Assembly: GCF_963921235.1 (NCBI RefSeq)
Contig: NC_086108.1
Location: 77,502,001 to 77,566,000 of the forward strand
Direction: 5' to 3'
DNA from: Mobula hypostoma
Lineage: Eukaryota
Length of the DNA stretch: 64,000 bases
A model generated the notes under the pieces. That model searched no databases. It saw only the letters and a program-made list of their open reading frames with translations, and had not been told where the DNA came from. Made by a program: the position numbers and the translations under genes. Below are positions 38,186 through 49,910 of the stretch, piece by piece (the first letter of the stretch is position 1; each line of letters opens with the position of its first letter).

Positions 38186-38869
38186 CTTAATGAAGAGAGC
38201 ATAAACGTGGTTACATGAACTCGACATAAAGTGCAACAGTCGGAATGTGACAAGCTGAGCGTGAGGCCTACAATTCTCACTAATCATATAAAGCGAATAG
38301 AAACAAATTTAATCGAAGAGGAAAAAGAACAAATGTCGAACAGCTAATTGTTAACAGAATCAGGTCAGAGAATTCTGTGTGAAAACTTCCCTGAGCAGAA
38401 GCATCGAACCAAAATCACAGATTTAAGTCAGGAATGAAAAAAGGAGCAAGATTAGTAGAGAATATAAATTAATAGGAAGCAGCAGCAAAAGTGGAGTCAC
38501 AGTAAAACCCAGGCTCCTGTAAATAAATTGTCTTTGGCCCAGGAGATTCCTATCCAGAACACACCGCATCCACAGAGCAAAGTTCAGAAATATGTAATGG
38601 AAACTTGTGCTGCAATAATCTTGGGTATGTCAGGGAGGTAAGATGAGAGATGTTAATTTTCAAGCACCAGTGTATCGCTGCTTAGCACAGACATATTCTC
38701 CAGCCATCGGAATATAATCACACAGTGTGCTTGTTGTCCAGCTTTGGTTAAGGTTTGGCTGATTTTTGCATTCCTTCCTTGGAGTGTAACTCAAAGACCA
38801 AATACACAGTATAGATGGTGGGTGGGTGGGGGGCAAAGACTATGACATTGTGTTAAACATCAGACCAGG

Positions 38870-39098
38870 AATATGTAGTGTTTGAATAATGGAAATGTGT
38901 TTTTGATTAAGTATTATTGTTCTTTTAAATAATACAATATTGATTATATGTGAAAATGAGCGAATTGCATATGTCATAACGTTACCACATAATATGTGTG
39001 CGCCTTGCTTAAAGTAAAACAGAAAGTTAGACTCACATTTCAAAATTCCGTCCTTTCCTTTTAATTAGATTAATGTTTTGGAATCGCAAAACATAACA
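38870..39098 (+). repeat. 5' LTR (left boundary approximate)
   Basis: Shares AAGTTAGACTCACATTT and TTTCCTTTTAATTAG..TAATGTTTTGGA with 42156-42392. Ends ...CATAACA. Confidence 0.8.
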
Positions 39099-40245
39099 GT
39101 GACGATGAGGTATTTTTAAAATGAACCCGAGATGATTACCTGCCTTTGGAAGCGCAGTGAGACATTTGAATTTAAAAAAAGCAATGCAGCACATGTTCTT
39201 CCAAAGGAAAGACACGATTGAATAAAAACAGAAGCGGAAAACCCAATTCATGGGTTCATAAACAGTGAGTACCGGGTGATAATAATCATAAAGGAAAGAG
39301 CAGAAATGGCTGGCTACATCAGGAAGATTAATGTGTTTGATTACACAACGGGTTGAAAAAGCAACTTGACTTTTTATCCTTTTCTTTTCCCTGTACAGTC
39401 CACTTAGTTTTTGTCTGCCTGACATACTCTTCCGTATGTCCTACCTTGTTGCATTTTCCGCAAGTTTCACCTTTAAACCTGCATTTTAAACCTGGATTTT
39501 GTATACTAAATGGATCGAGCATATTTTAAAGCAAATGGAATAGCCAATGAGAAACAAACAGAAGTTTTGCTGAGTGCATTGGATTTAAAGGCATACAGTT
39601 TGCTTAGAAATTTGATTGCTCCAACCAATTTGATGCTATCATAAAAGTAATGCAGGGACATTGAGAATGGAAACCTTCGTTGATTGCAGAACACTCTAGA
39701 TTTCATAAGCAGAATTAAAAGAAATTTGAGTTCATTTCATCACGTTTGGCTGAATTGAAAAGATTGCTTGAGTATTGTCAGTTTAGTGATTGGCTTAATG
39801 ACATACTGACAGATAATTTAGTTTGTCGAATCTTACAAGAAGGTATTCAGAAACAGCTCCTAATTAATTGAGTTGCGGTCAGGAATGAAAGTGAGCATGA
39901 ACAAAATTGTATTGTCTAGACAGAAACCTGCCTAGCCGAGCAAATTGTATTACCGTTGTGGCTGGATCTTGCATACACCAGACCAATGCAGGTTTAAAGG
40001 TGAAACTTATGGAAAATGCAACAAGGTAGAACATATATAAGAGTATGTCAGGCAGACAAAAACTATATGGACTGTACAGGGAAAAGAAAAAGATAAAAGT
40101 CAAGTTGCAGTTTCAAAAAGAGCACTAAACTAGCATGCTGTTGATGAAAAATCTGGTAATGATGCGATTAACGCAGTACTGAGTACCCTCGAGAGTTACA
40201 ATGTGAAAGCTAACAATAGACAAGCAATATGGCTTACGCCAGAAA

Positions 40246-40824
40246 TGAACAAGGAGGTTATGCTGCAACTGTACAGGGTACTGGTGAGGCCGCACCTGGA
40301 GTACTGCATGCAGTTCTGGTCCTCTTACTTGAGGAAAGATATACTGGCTTTGGAGGCAAGGCAAAGGAAGTTCATCAGATTGATTCCAGAGGTGAGGGGG
40401 TTAGACTATGAGGAGAGATTGAGTCACCTGGGACTGTACTCACTGGAATTCGGAAGAATAAGAGGAGATCTTGGAGAAACATATAAAATTATAAAAGGGA
40501 TGGATAAGATAGAGGCAGGAAAGTTGTTTCCATTGGTAGGTGAGACTAGAACTAGGGGACATAGCCTTAAGATTCAGGGGAGTAAATTTAGGATGGAGAA
40601 GAGGAGGAACTGCTTTCCTCAAAGAGTGGTGAGTCTGTGGAATTCTTTGGTCAATGAAGCAGTGGAGACTACCTCAGTAAATACATTTAAGACAAGGTCA
40701 GATAGATTTTTGCATAGTAGGGGAATTAATTCCATGGCCAGATCAGCCATGATCTTATTGAATGGTGGAGCAGGCTCGACGGGCCAGATGACCTACTCCT
40801 GCTCCTAGTTCTTATGTTCTTATG
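40246..40824 (+). mobile_element. CR1 3' fragment inserted in the Gypsy protease region
   Basis: LYRVLVRPHLEYCMQFW ORF and a (TTCTTATG)n tail. The Gypsy frame resumes at LDTG. Confidence 0.9.
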
Positions 40825-41169
40825 TAATTGAAATGAGATTGGACACTGGCTTGGCTTGTTCAGCCATTCCACAAAATGAGTTCCAATGGCATTTCAAGGA
40901 TGCTAAACTGAAGCCTGTAGATGTCCAACTAAGAGCTTATATTGGAGAAAATATAACCCTTGTGGGAATGGCATTTGTAATCGTGAAATACAACAACCAA
41001 CAAGGTACATTGGGCTTGTATGAGGTAAAAACAGCAGGACCAGCATTGTGGGGTTGTGAGTGGCTGAGATAACTTGACTGGAAATCCATCCACAGTTTGT
41101 ATGCCACATCCCCTGTAATAAAATCAACTGAAAACAAATTTAGGAAAGTACTCTATGATGCCAAAACTG

Positions 41170-41858
41170 TCTCCATGTTGTACACCATGAAACGTGACAC
41201 AACACAGGGCAATCAAGTGTTGATACCTTCTTCTGTGCTTCTGTTTAGAAAGTATATTGTACCAATGCAAGATCATGCTGCTCAGTGGAATTGTGAAAGT
41301 GACAAAAGCAGTTGTCTGACTACAATAGTTTTTAAAGGCAACATATTGGAGAAAGCTTCCGATATGTTAATCAAGCAGTTACTTCCAAAACATGGATTGG
41401 GTTTAAGCAGGAAGAGAGTTCAAGGAGCTTCAGAAAAGTTGTATGCATTTGGGTTTTGTGAGTATAAAGAACCAGAATCTACTCTGCATGCATTAAGGTT
41501 ATTGCATGAGCTTCAAGTGGGAGATGAAAAGCTGCCTTTAGAAGTAGATGCAAAAAATAAAGCCCAGCTGGATGAATAGATGGCCAAAAATAAATGAGTC
41601 AACAGAGGATTTGAGGAAAACAGAGGATTTGTCAGATGATGCTGTGGATGTAGAAGCTAAGAGGAGAGATCAGATTGTAAAGGGAGCAGTAATAAGAAGA
41701 TATTCCAGTGAACTAACTGCACCTTCCCAAGATCAAAATGCTCATCTTAGAAAGAAGAAAGGGAAGAAAAAGAAAGAGACCAAGAGCAGGATAAAGAGAT
41801 AAAGAAGCAAGACTGGGAGAGAAGCAAGGATCAAATTGATCCAGAGAGAAAAGCAAAG
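41170..41858 (+). pseudogene. RBM25: Processed RBM25 fragment (RRM, downstream helix, part of the RE/RD-rich region)
   Basis: VFKGNILEKASDMLIKQLL...KRVQGASEKLYAFGFCEYKEPESTLHALRLLHELQVG...VDAKNKAQLDE and KRRDQIVKGA..YSSELTAPSQ closely match vertebrate RBM25 as I recall it. No introns; has a stop and indels. Confidence 0.9.
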
Positions 41859-42155
41859 CAAAGGAGCAAAAACGTGTCCAGAGATGTCAGAACCACTTCC
41901 TGCAATCTCAGAGTCAACCCCTACAACCACCACGGAGGAGGCCCCAAAACTTGAGATTGTTTCAAGTGAACCCTCTTGTCAGGAGAGACATTACCCCACA
42001 AGAGCAACAAATGCTCCATAGCAATTAAATCTTCAGGTCTGAATGGGACAATTTATGGTGTGGATGTCTGTATAGTAGTCATATGATGTAGTCTACTGTG
42101 TATGTAGTTAAGGTGCATTCTATATTGAGTTGGAGTTATAGCTAAGCAGGGGGAG

Positions 42156-42392
42156 TGTCGTGTATTTAATATTCCAGTAGTATTTGAATAATGTTGCTGA
42201 TTAAACATTCTTGTTAATTTAAATATTTCATTATGGGTTGTATGTAAAAAGTAAGTGAATTGTATACATCATGACATTGCCATGTGAAATGTGTTTGCCT
42301 CGTTTGAAGTAAAATGCAAGTTAGACTCACATTTTGGATTCCTGTCTTTTCCTTTTAATTAGTTTAATGTTTTGGAGTTACAACGCATAAGA
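42156..42392 (+). repeat. 3' LTR
   Basis: Starts TG immediately after the polypurine tract. Diverged direct repeat of the 5' LTR. Confidence 0.85.
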
Positions 42393-43414
42393 GAATTGCT
42401 CCAAAAATAATGAGTTGCGAGCTTTCCAAAAAGTGCCAACAGGACAAATGCTCTAATCATTGTCTCAGTGAAACACAAAGAATGCATTGTAAACAGACAC
42501 CATCTTGTGATCCTAAACATGTGACAAATTACTTTCCTTAACAAGAACATCACTATTGTCAAAGGGTCAAAGGTTACAAATATTAATATCCTTTACCTCA
42601 AAGGACAGAAGTTCCTCTCTATTTTTTCAGTTGAAGCGTAATGTCTTTATAACCTCACAGGGCATTTCAAACAGATCTTAAGGAATGTTGGGCATTTTCC
42701 CTAATACATTGATTTTAAAATATTAATAGATATTTTAATCTGATTTAAATCCTTCAGTTAACCTCACACAACAGCAATAATAATATCAAACAGAATGCTG
42801 ATTTTTACATGCCTATGATTATTGTCTTTAATGTTTATTCCCCTCCCTTTCTATGTAGGAAATGCTGAATAGTTTGGGTCAGTGATTTTTCTTGATATTT
42901 TACGTCACTGAACATTTAAAATTGTACTACTGAGATGAAGTAATGATACTAAAAATAACAATCTTGGTTCAGAATGTTTGGAACTTAATCCTAATTCTAA
43001 CTCCATTCCATTTTTCTCTGTCTTACTTATTTTCCTTAATGTTATTTTTATGCTGCTGTTTTAAGTACAACAAACATTTTACTGTAATTTGCTTGTTGTC
43101 GTCAAACTTTGCCAACTTAATTCCCATTTTTGAATAGGAATGCATTGCTCTTGAAACTGACTGTAGTTCTTTCCAGTAAACGTACCTAGCAGACATTTCA
43201 GTTTTAAACTAATGGGTGACAAATATATTAAGTGAAATTATGCTGATTATTTGGTACCAAAATGAAATAATAAACACATAAAAGATCATTTCTTATCGTT
43301 TTTTAAAAGAATAACTTGACTGAAGATTAATCTTTTTTTTCTTTAAAGTGTGCGTGAGGGGATACATCAAAGATATTTGGAATTGTTATTATTTTTCTCA
43401 CTTAGTTTTAACAT

Positions 43415-43743
43415 CAGGGTGACACAGTGACATAGCAGTTAGCTAAATGGTTTGCAGCTGTGAGATTGGGAATCAATTCCTGAAATAGTCTGTAAGGAGT
43501 TTGTACCTTCTCCTCGTGATGTGTGTGTTTTCTCTGGGCACTCTGGTTTTCTCCCACATTCCAAAGATGTACAGTTAGGGTTAGCAAGTTGTGGGCAATG
43601 CTGTGTTGGTGGGCAGAAGCATTGTGATACTTATGGGCTGCTAGCAAAATCCTCACTGATTTGATCTAATGCTGAATGACATATCTCACTGTATGTTTCA
43701 TTGTACATGTGACAAATAAAGCTAATCTTTAATCTTTAATCTT
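43415..43743 (+). mobile_element. V-SINE
   Basis: V-domain-like TGTAAGGAGTTTGTACCTTCTCC...CTCTGGTTTTCTCCCACATTCCAAAGA. Tail AATAAAG(CTAATCTT)-like repeats. Confidence 0.8.
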
Positions 43744-43984
43744 AAGTACAAAGTGCTCCAAAATCAGATATGACAGATCTGGTGTGCAGTTACACTTCAT
43801 CAACTCGGCCCTGTGGAAGAGGAAGGTTAACTTCATGATGTAAGCTTTGGCACCAAAACTGAGTGGGTTTGGCATTTGAGCGACTCTCCCAGAGGGATTA
43901 GAGAATGCCTTGTGACTCTGGCTAACTTCATTATATTATGTTCTGATATCTTCAATCAGCAACTTACAGATATCAGAACATACT

Positions 43985-44520
43985 GTAAGCTCCAACTCTG
44001 GAATCTATAAATAGACTAAGAAAAACTTCTACAACTTTGAGAAAACTCTAGTCTGCATTCCAGAAGGGGATAAATTGATCCTCCTGTGTGACTTTAGCTC
44101 AGAAGTAGGAAGGCTCAACCTATCCTGATGAAAGGTCTCAGCCTGTAAAATTAACTATATCTTATCCATAGATGCTACCTGTTCTGCTGAGTTCCTCCAG
44201 CATTTTGTATGCGTTGCTTTGATTTCCAGCATCTGCATATTTTCTCTTGCTTTTGAAGCTCAATCTCTGGTGAGTTATGATAAGCAAGGAGGGAGAAGAA
44301 AGAGGTACCTCCAACAGGATCCTCTTGTCAAAATACTTGACTTGCTGTCTTATTACAGCCCTCGTTTACTAGGGAGAAAAGGACAAGATTTCATTGCAAC
44401 ATCTGAGGTCCAGAGTGAAAAACAGGAAGAACATTTTCACCATCGATGCCACAACAATTATTGACAACTGTTGAACTAATCACTGCCTAATCCACTGTCC
44501 TTCATCTTAAATCCAATTTA
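43985..44520 (+). mobile_element. Very old RTE endonuclease fragment, interrupted by a PLE-derived repeat (44124-44250)
   Basis: APTL...IPEGDKLILLCDFSSEVG resembles the RTE APE motif LLGDFNARVG. Confidence 0.55.
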
Positions 44521-47310
44521 ATGCCACAGAAAGATCAATGTTGAAGCTCTCAAGCACCCTACAAGGGTAAGCCTTTTTAGTGAACTGGAAGCAACTGTGC
44601 ACAACAAAGCAATATAGTTGGAAGTTTGTGATTTTATGTGGCAGCTGCTTTGTTTAGAAAGCAAGGTGAGCAAACAACTTCTTGGTAAGCCTATTACCAT
44701 TGTATAAAAGAACACACAAGACATAGTAAGATGGATGGTTTCTAAAATCAAATATGTAAACCATGATAGTATAATGCCATCTTTAGCAGTGGACAACATG
44801 AACAACATATTTACAAAGTACATTACATAAAATCTTAAGAAACGTATACATATCTAAAGGCTGATCAGGGAAGTTCCTGCTCTTCACTCTTCCAGAGTTA
44901 AAGATGAACCAGAGGAACAGGTAAAAAGGTGAGGACAAGGCAGTATCCAAAGCAGTCATAGTCATGCAAATGATAACCCATAGTATTGTAGATCAGGTAT
45001 GGGAGTTAACAGATTCTTAGCAGTGGAGCCATTATATAAAAAGCAGAAGTCATCAAACTTCCATCCTTGCAAGCTTCAACATTTTAATAGAAGGAGCAAA
45101 AACAATAATTTCAATGGCTAGGGAAATTGCCCATTAAAAAAAAACAAAAAAAAACCTTCAACCCAATTTAAGGTAGCATCCATCCACCCAGAAACTCAAT
45201 TCCCTGCTGCAGAGGCTAACCTTGCAACTCTGGAAAAGGTCTTAGCTATAGTTGTAGCTAGAATGTTAAGCCAGTCAGGGTCTTAATATGAGTCTGCAAA
45301 GGAAATTTGTAAACAAAGATGCCTCACTTTTCTAATTGTGTCAATTCACTTATTTTTGTAATGTATTGATTAATATTCTTCTTATTTAACCAAGATTCTT
45401 CGAGCCATTGTTGACAAATATCAAGTCCTTCTAGAACATTCTTTGGTACATCTACCATAAGTTGTTCCTTAAAAATGGAGTCGCATTTCTGTCTTGAGAT
45501 ATGTGACATAGATTACTCGAAGAGTTAAGATGGTGCCAAGTGGCCTCCTCTTCGAGCTCAAGCTGTGTTTTTTTTTAATGGTGGATCATTTCCCAACATT
45601 CTCCAGGTGTGGCCCTGAGTGCCTCTGTGGATGACTGATTTCAGGTTGGTTTTGCTAACTGAGGCATCGCGAGAGATGGAACGTCAGGATTTCACAGCAG
45701 TGGACCTATGGAAAAGCGATGCGGTAGACTGTAATATCTTGACAGTCACCGTCAGTCTCCCCTTTTGCTGGGAAAATAGGCGATATCTCTCTGTACCTCT
45801 TCTAGTGAGAGAGAGTTTGTAGCACGTCAAACTGTTGGGTCCACAATAGTTTTTGTTGGTGCAGATCATGGTCTCTCTTTGGGTGCGTTGCTGTTGCTTA
45901 GTGGGAGTTGGGCACTGACACTTTTTGCTGAAACAAGCGGGGGAGGGGAGGTTGTTGGGCTGATACTTGCTGCTTGTGCAGGGTGGGGGGAGAGGGGTTT
46001 TGGGGTTCTAATGTTTTTCTGTCTTTCATTCTTTTGGGGTACTTCTGTTCTTCATGGATGTCTGCAAAGACAAATATTTTGGTTTGTATACTGTATATAT
46101 TCACTGATAATAAATAGAGCCACTTCCTCCGTGAACCTTAAAAAGTGGGTGATCCTCTAATAACAGTATGTCAAGTGCACCGAAGGATCACATTGGTGCT
46201 ATTATGAGAATGAGCACTTTCAAGGCTTGGCTGTAAAGGAAATTTTACTCCAATATTTTTTTAAATCTTGAAAATTGTTTTGGGCTGCATCTTTTTTTCT
46301 CTCTGCTCTTTGATGATATCACCATGTGAATATGCAGCAGTAACTGAAGGCTTGTCTGTGTATGTAACATTTTCTATTTGGCAAGAAATATTATCTGTTA
46401 CCCCAGAATTTAGCATTATCAATTGGTCTCCAGCAGTAAAATTTGTCACAGGCAATTTTTCAACTTGTAGGAATTCATAAGGACACCAATAATTTCGAAC
46501 TAATTTTCATCAGAAGGTATTATTCGCACAGCTGCACCAACTATTCACAACTGTTTGATTAAGGGCAAGTAGGAAATCTGGGTAGATACAATAATCTATG
46601 GACTAAAATCTCATAAAGGCTTACGGGAGTTATCAGTTTTGGTGGGTGAAAAAAAATTATATTAGCTTCTGCTTCAGTGTATCTTTCCATCTCATCTTCC
46701 CATGCAAAAACCTGGATCAAATGTTTCACTGGGCCATTTAGAACATAATCCAAAAATCCAGAAAACTATCATGTTACCTTGAACATTAACAATGGAATGG
46801 AATAATGGTCATAACTGAAGAAATGGAATTGTCTAAGATCTTTGTCGTAAGTACTTGTTAGCAATAAAGGGAAATATCCCCGTGGATCAGGATTAAGATA
46901 TGGGTCACCAGATTCTATCACGTAAGCATGTGGTGCTAGGTGTACATCTAAAAAGGGGCCAATTTGTTGTCTCCAGGCAAAAACTATTGCTACATTCTTG
47001 GGATCTGGTACATATTGTGATGATCAGAGTCTAGGAGGTCATACAGCGTGGTTTGGTCTGTCTAATCTGCATTTTGTTCTATGTTCTATCCTTTCATCAC
47101 TCCAGTCCCTGACTTGAACAATAAAATATTCATTACGGTCAATTGGAGAGGTAGTTGGGTCTTATCCTATATTTGTAGTATATTATTAACGCACTTAATA
47201 TCGACCAGCATTTGCATAAACTGCTACTGGAAACAAGGATGTCGACTATTTTAGGGGTGTGCTGTAGCACTTGTTGAGAGTGCTCTGAATTGGACTACAG
47301 CTAAACGCTG

Positions 47311-47800
47311 CTATTGAGGGAGTGCAGCGTAGGTTCACAAGGTTAATTCCCGGCATGGCAGGACTGTCATATGTCGAAAGATTGGAGCAACTGGGCTTGT
47401 ATACTCTAGAATTTAGAAGGCTGAGAGGGGATCTTATTCAAACATATAAGATTATTAAAGGATTGGACACGCTGCAGGCAGGAAGCATGTTCCCGCTGAT
47501 GGGTGAGTCCAGAACCAGAGACCACAGTTTAAGAATTAGGGGTAGGCCATTTAGAACGGAGCTGAGGAAAAACTTTTGCACCCGGAGAGTGGTGGATATA
47601 TAGAATGCTCTGCCCCAGAAGGCTGTGGAGGCCAAGTCTCTGGATGTTTTCAAAAAAGAGATGAATAGAGCTCTTAAAGATAGTGGAATCAAAGTTTATG
47701 GGGATAAGGCAGGAACTGGATACTGATAGCGGATGATCACAGTGAATGGCGGTGCTGGCTCGAAGGGCCAAATGGCCTACTCCTGCACCTATTGTCTATA
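47311..47800 (+). mobile_element. CR1 3' fragment
   Basis: QRRFTRLIPGMAGLSY ORF and the GAAGGGCCAAATGGCCTACTCCTGC end. Confidence 0.9.
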
Positions 47801-48254
47801 AATATTAATTCTTTCTGAATTAATACTTTTGATAAAACATCACCATGTCAGGCGCCAGCTATGATGGTACTGGGTTTGCTGACCACAAAGTTCGAAACTC
47901 AGATGAAGACCTTAATCCCTATTTGATATAAACTACCACAAGTACTCTCACTAAAGGGATATAATATCGCAACTACCCAATCTTCAACGACTTGTTCACT
48001 TCCTAGTTTATTGTCCACAGCGGATTTAACTGCCAATACCCGCTATTTGAGTGGTGTGTTCATTCCCCCCCCCGCCCCACCGAGAAGGTACTTCCAGCTA
48101 ACAAAGTACCTGTAGTGCAAAACACTGTTATTTTATTTTCAGTGATACACATTTAAAGCCATTCTTAATACACATTTAAAATTCACTGATGATTTCTATC
48201 TTAAACATTTCCAAAGTACAAAGCATTTCTAAAACACAGTTCCTTAAGGTTGTC

Positions 48255-48565
48255 ATAACCGGGGGATGTAGTGGAAATAAGCTCCCACTACCTATTAAAT
48301 GCTTCCAATAGCATGCATCTCAAATAGCCTCTGACAACCAAGTCAAGCTCTTGGCCTTCATGGGTGGCTTAGTTATTAAGCCCATGGAACTGTTTCTACT
48401 GACCTGAGAAGGGACGAAGGCCGGTTACTGGTGCTTTAAAACCTGTCACTTCGGGCAGATGGGGCTCATCAGTCATGGTTGGCAGCTCATTTAGGAGAAG
48501 GAAAATGCTGATTTCAAACCTCCACTGCCTTGCAGCCATATCCACTCATGAGGATGGCTTCAGAA
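48255..48565 (+). mobile_element. RTE-like 5' UTR-derived repeat
   Basis: TAGGAGAAGGAAAA..CTGATTTCAAACCTCCACTGCCTTGC block. Homologous to 37820-38185. Confidence 0.6.
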
Positions 48566-49910
48566 TTAAACCATATCGTACTATCCCGCGGGCATATCAC
48601 ATAGACAACTAGGATGTAATATCTGTATTTGAACCTGACCAACGGAGGGCCTCCAAAACACAAGGCGTAAAGATCAAATTATTTCCAAACTACAGGTACA
48701 ATTCCTATAAACTAAAAAGACATGCCAACAAGTTGCAGATGAACAAATCTTCCGTCATAAAAATTCTTTACCCTAATGAGTCTAATAGGGTAATTCCTAA
48801 TAAGTCTGAACTGTCCTTTTCACTTATATCCTTTTTCTCCAATAAGGGGACTTCACACATACATATATTAAATTTTCTCAGGTACCCGTTTTACACAAAT
48901 GGTCTAAAAACATCTTGGAGACTTAGGTCTCAGGTAATGCTGTAAATACCGTAAAACTAACCTGCTTGAGTACATAAAACTTCAAACATTATTAGATCAT
49001 TCATTTGATATGCTAAACGTTTGTTTCCATCTGGCCTGCAAACTTCCATGAATCAAACAAATAAGAGTCAGCTTGCCTGCTTCAAAAGAAGCCAAATTAA
49101 ACAACCCATTGTCTTATACTGTGCTTTAAAAATCAATAAGCAAGGTGCAGTGAGCATCATCGTACTTCTCAATGGTAGATTATCTGTGCTATAAACTGTT
49201 CCCACCTCCCAACATATACAACTCCTACTCTATCAGTGGGTCACATATTGGCCTAAGAGTGACCTCAAAACCCACCAATCCAGAGTAGAAAAACGTCATG
49301 CAGCACCCAGTCGGAGAAATCGGAAGCTTGAGAAGACGCAATTCACTCAGGTTCACCGACTGAGTAGAGAAGGCAGCGACTCGCAGCAGTTTGGTGCTTT
49401 GAACAGCAGCCAATCAGTGCTCAAGATTGACTGGCAAGAACAAATTAAAGTAAGGCAGGGGCAAGCGGGGCAGCCATTGTCAGAGTGGCCGTTGTTGGAT
49501 TGGACAGAGCTAGAGTGGAGATTTTGAGGCTTTAACTCTTCAAGGCTTCATCAAGGAGAGACCTCAGTGAGAGAAGGCAAAAAAGCTGTAGGTACAGTTT
49601 ATTCTTCTTCCTTCTTTATAATTTCTCAGTTAGAACAGTAGGATAGTAGAATGCTCCTCTTGCGAGATGTAGGAAGGGAGGGAGACTTCCAGTGTCCCTG
49701 ATGACTACACCTGCGAGAAGTACATCCAGCTGCAGCTTCTAGCACTCTGCGTTAAGGAGTTGGAGCCAGAACTCATTGAACTCTGGTTCATTCAAGAGGC
49801 TGAGGGAGTGATATAGAAACATAGAAACATAGAAAATAGGTGCAGGAGTAGGCCATTCGGCCCTTTGAGCCTGTACCACCATTTATTATGATCATGGCTG
49901 ATCATCCAAC

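Larger units (their letters stand above)
38870..42392 (+). mobile_element. Non-autonomous Ty3/Gypsy LTR retrotransposon carrying an RBM25 fragment
   Basis: Two LTRs, a PBS-like GTGACGATGAGG (39099) and a gag start MAGYI (39306). Zinc knuckle ~40000, protease LDTG ~40840, integrase-tail RHYPTR ~41985, PPT AAGCAGGGGGAG before 42156. No RT, RNaseH or integrase core. Confidence 0.85.

Noticed and set aside
41097..41579. Functional host RBM25 gene
   Set aside because: No introns, a stop at the conserved Trp after QLDE, substitutions in RRM residues, no PWI domain, and it is embedded between LTRs.
44560..46950. Possible very old L1 fragments on the minus strand
   Set aside because: Too decayed to assign by eye.
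48873..48939. Possible 52-nt exon (TTTTCTCAG ... CAG|GTAATG)
   Set aside because: Splice-like signals of this strength are common by chance, and the peptide is not recognisable.
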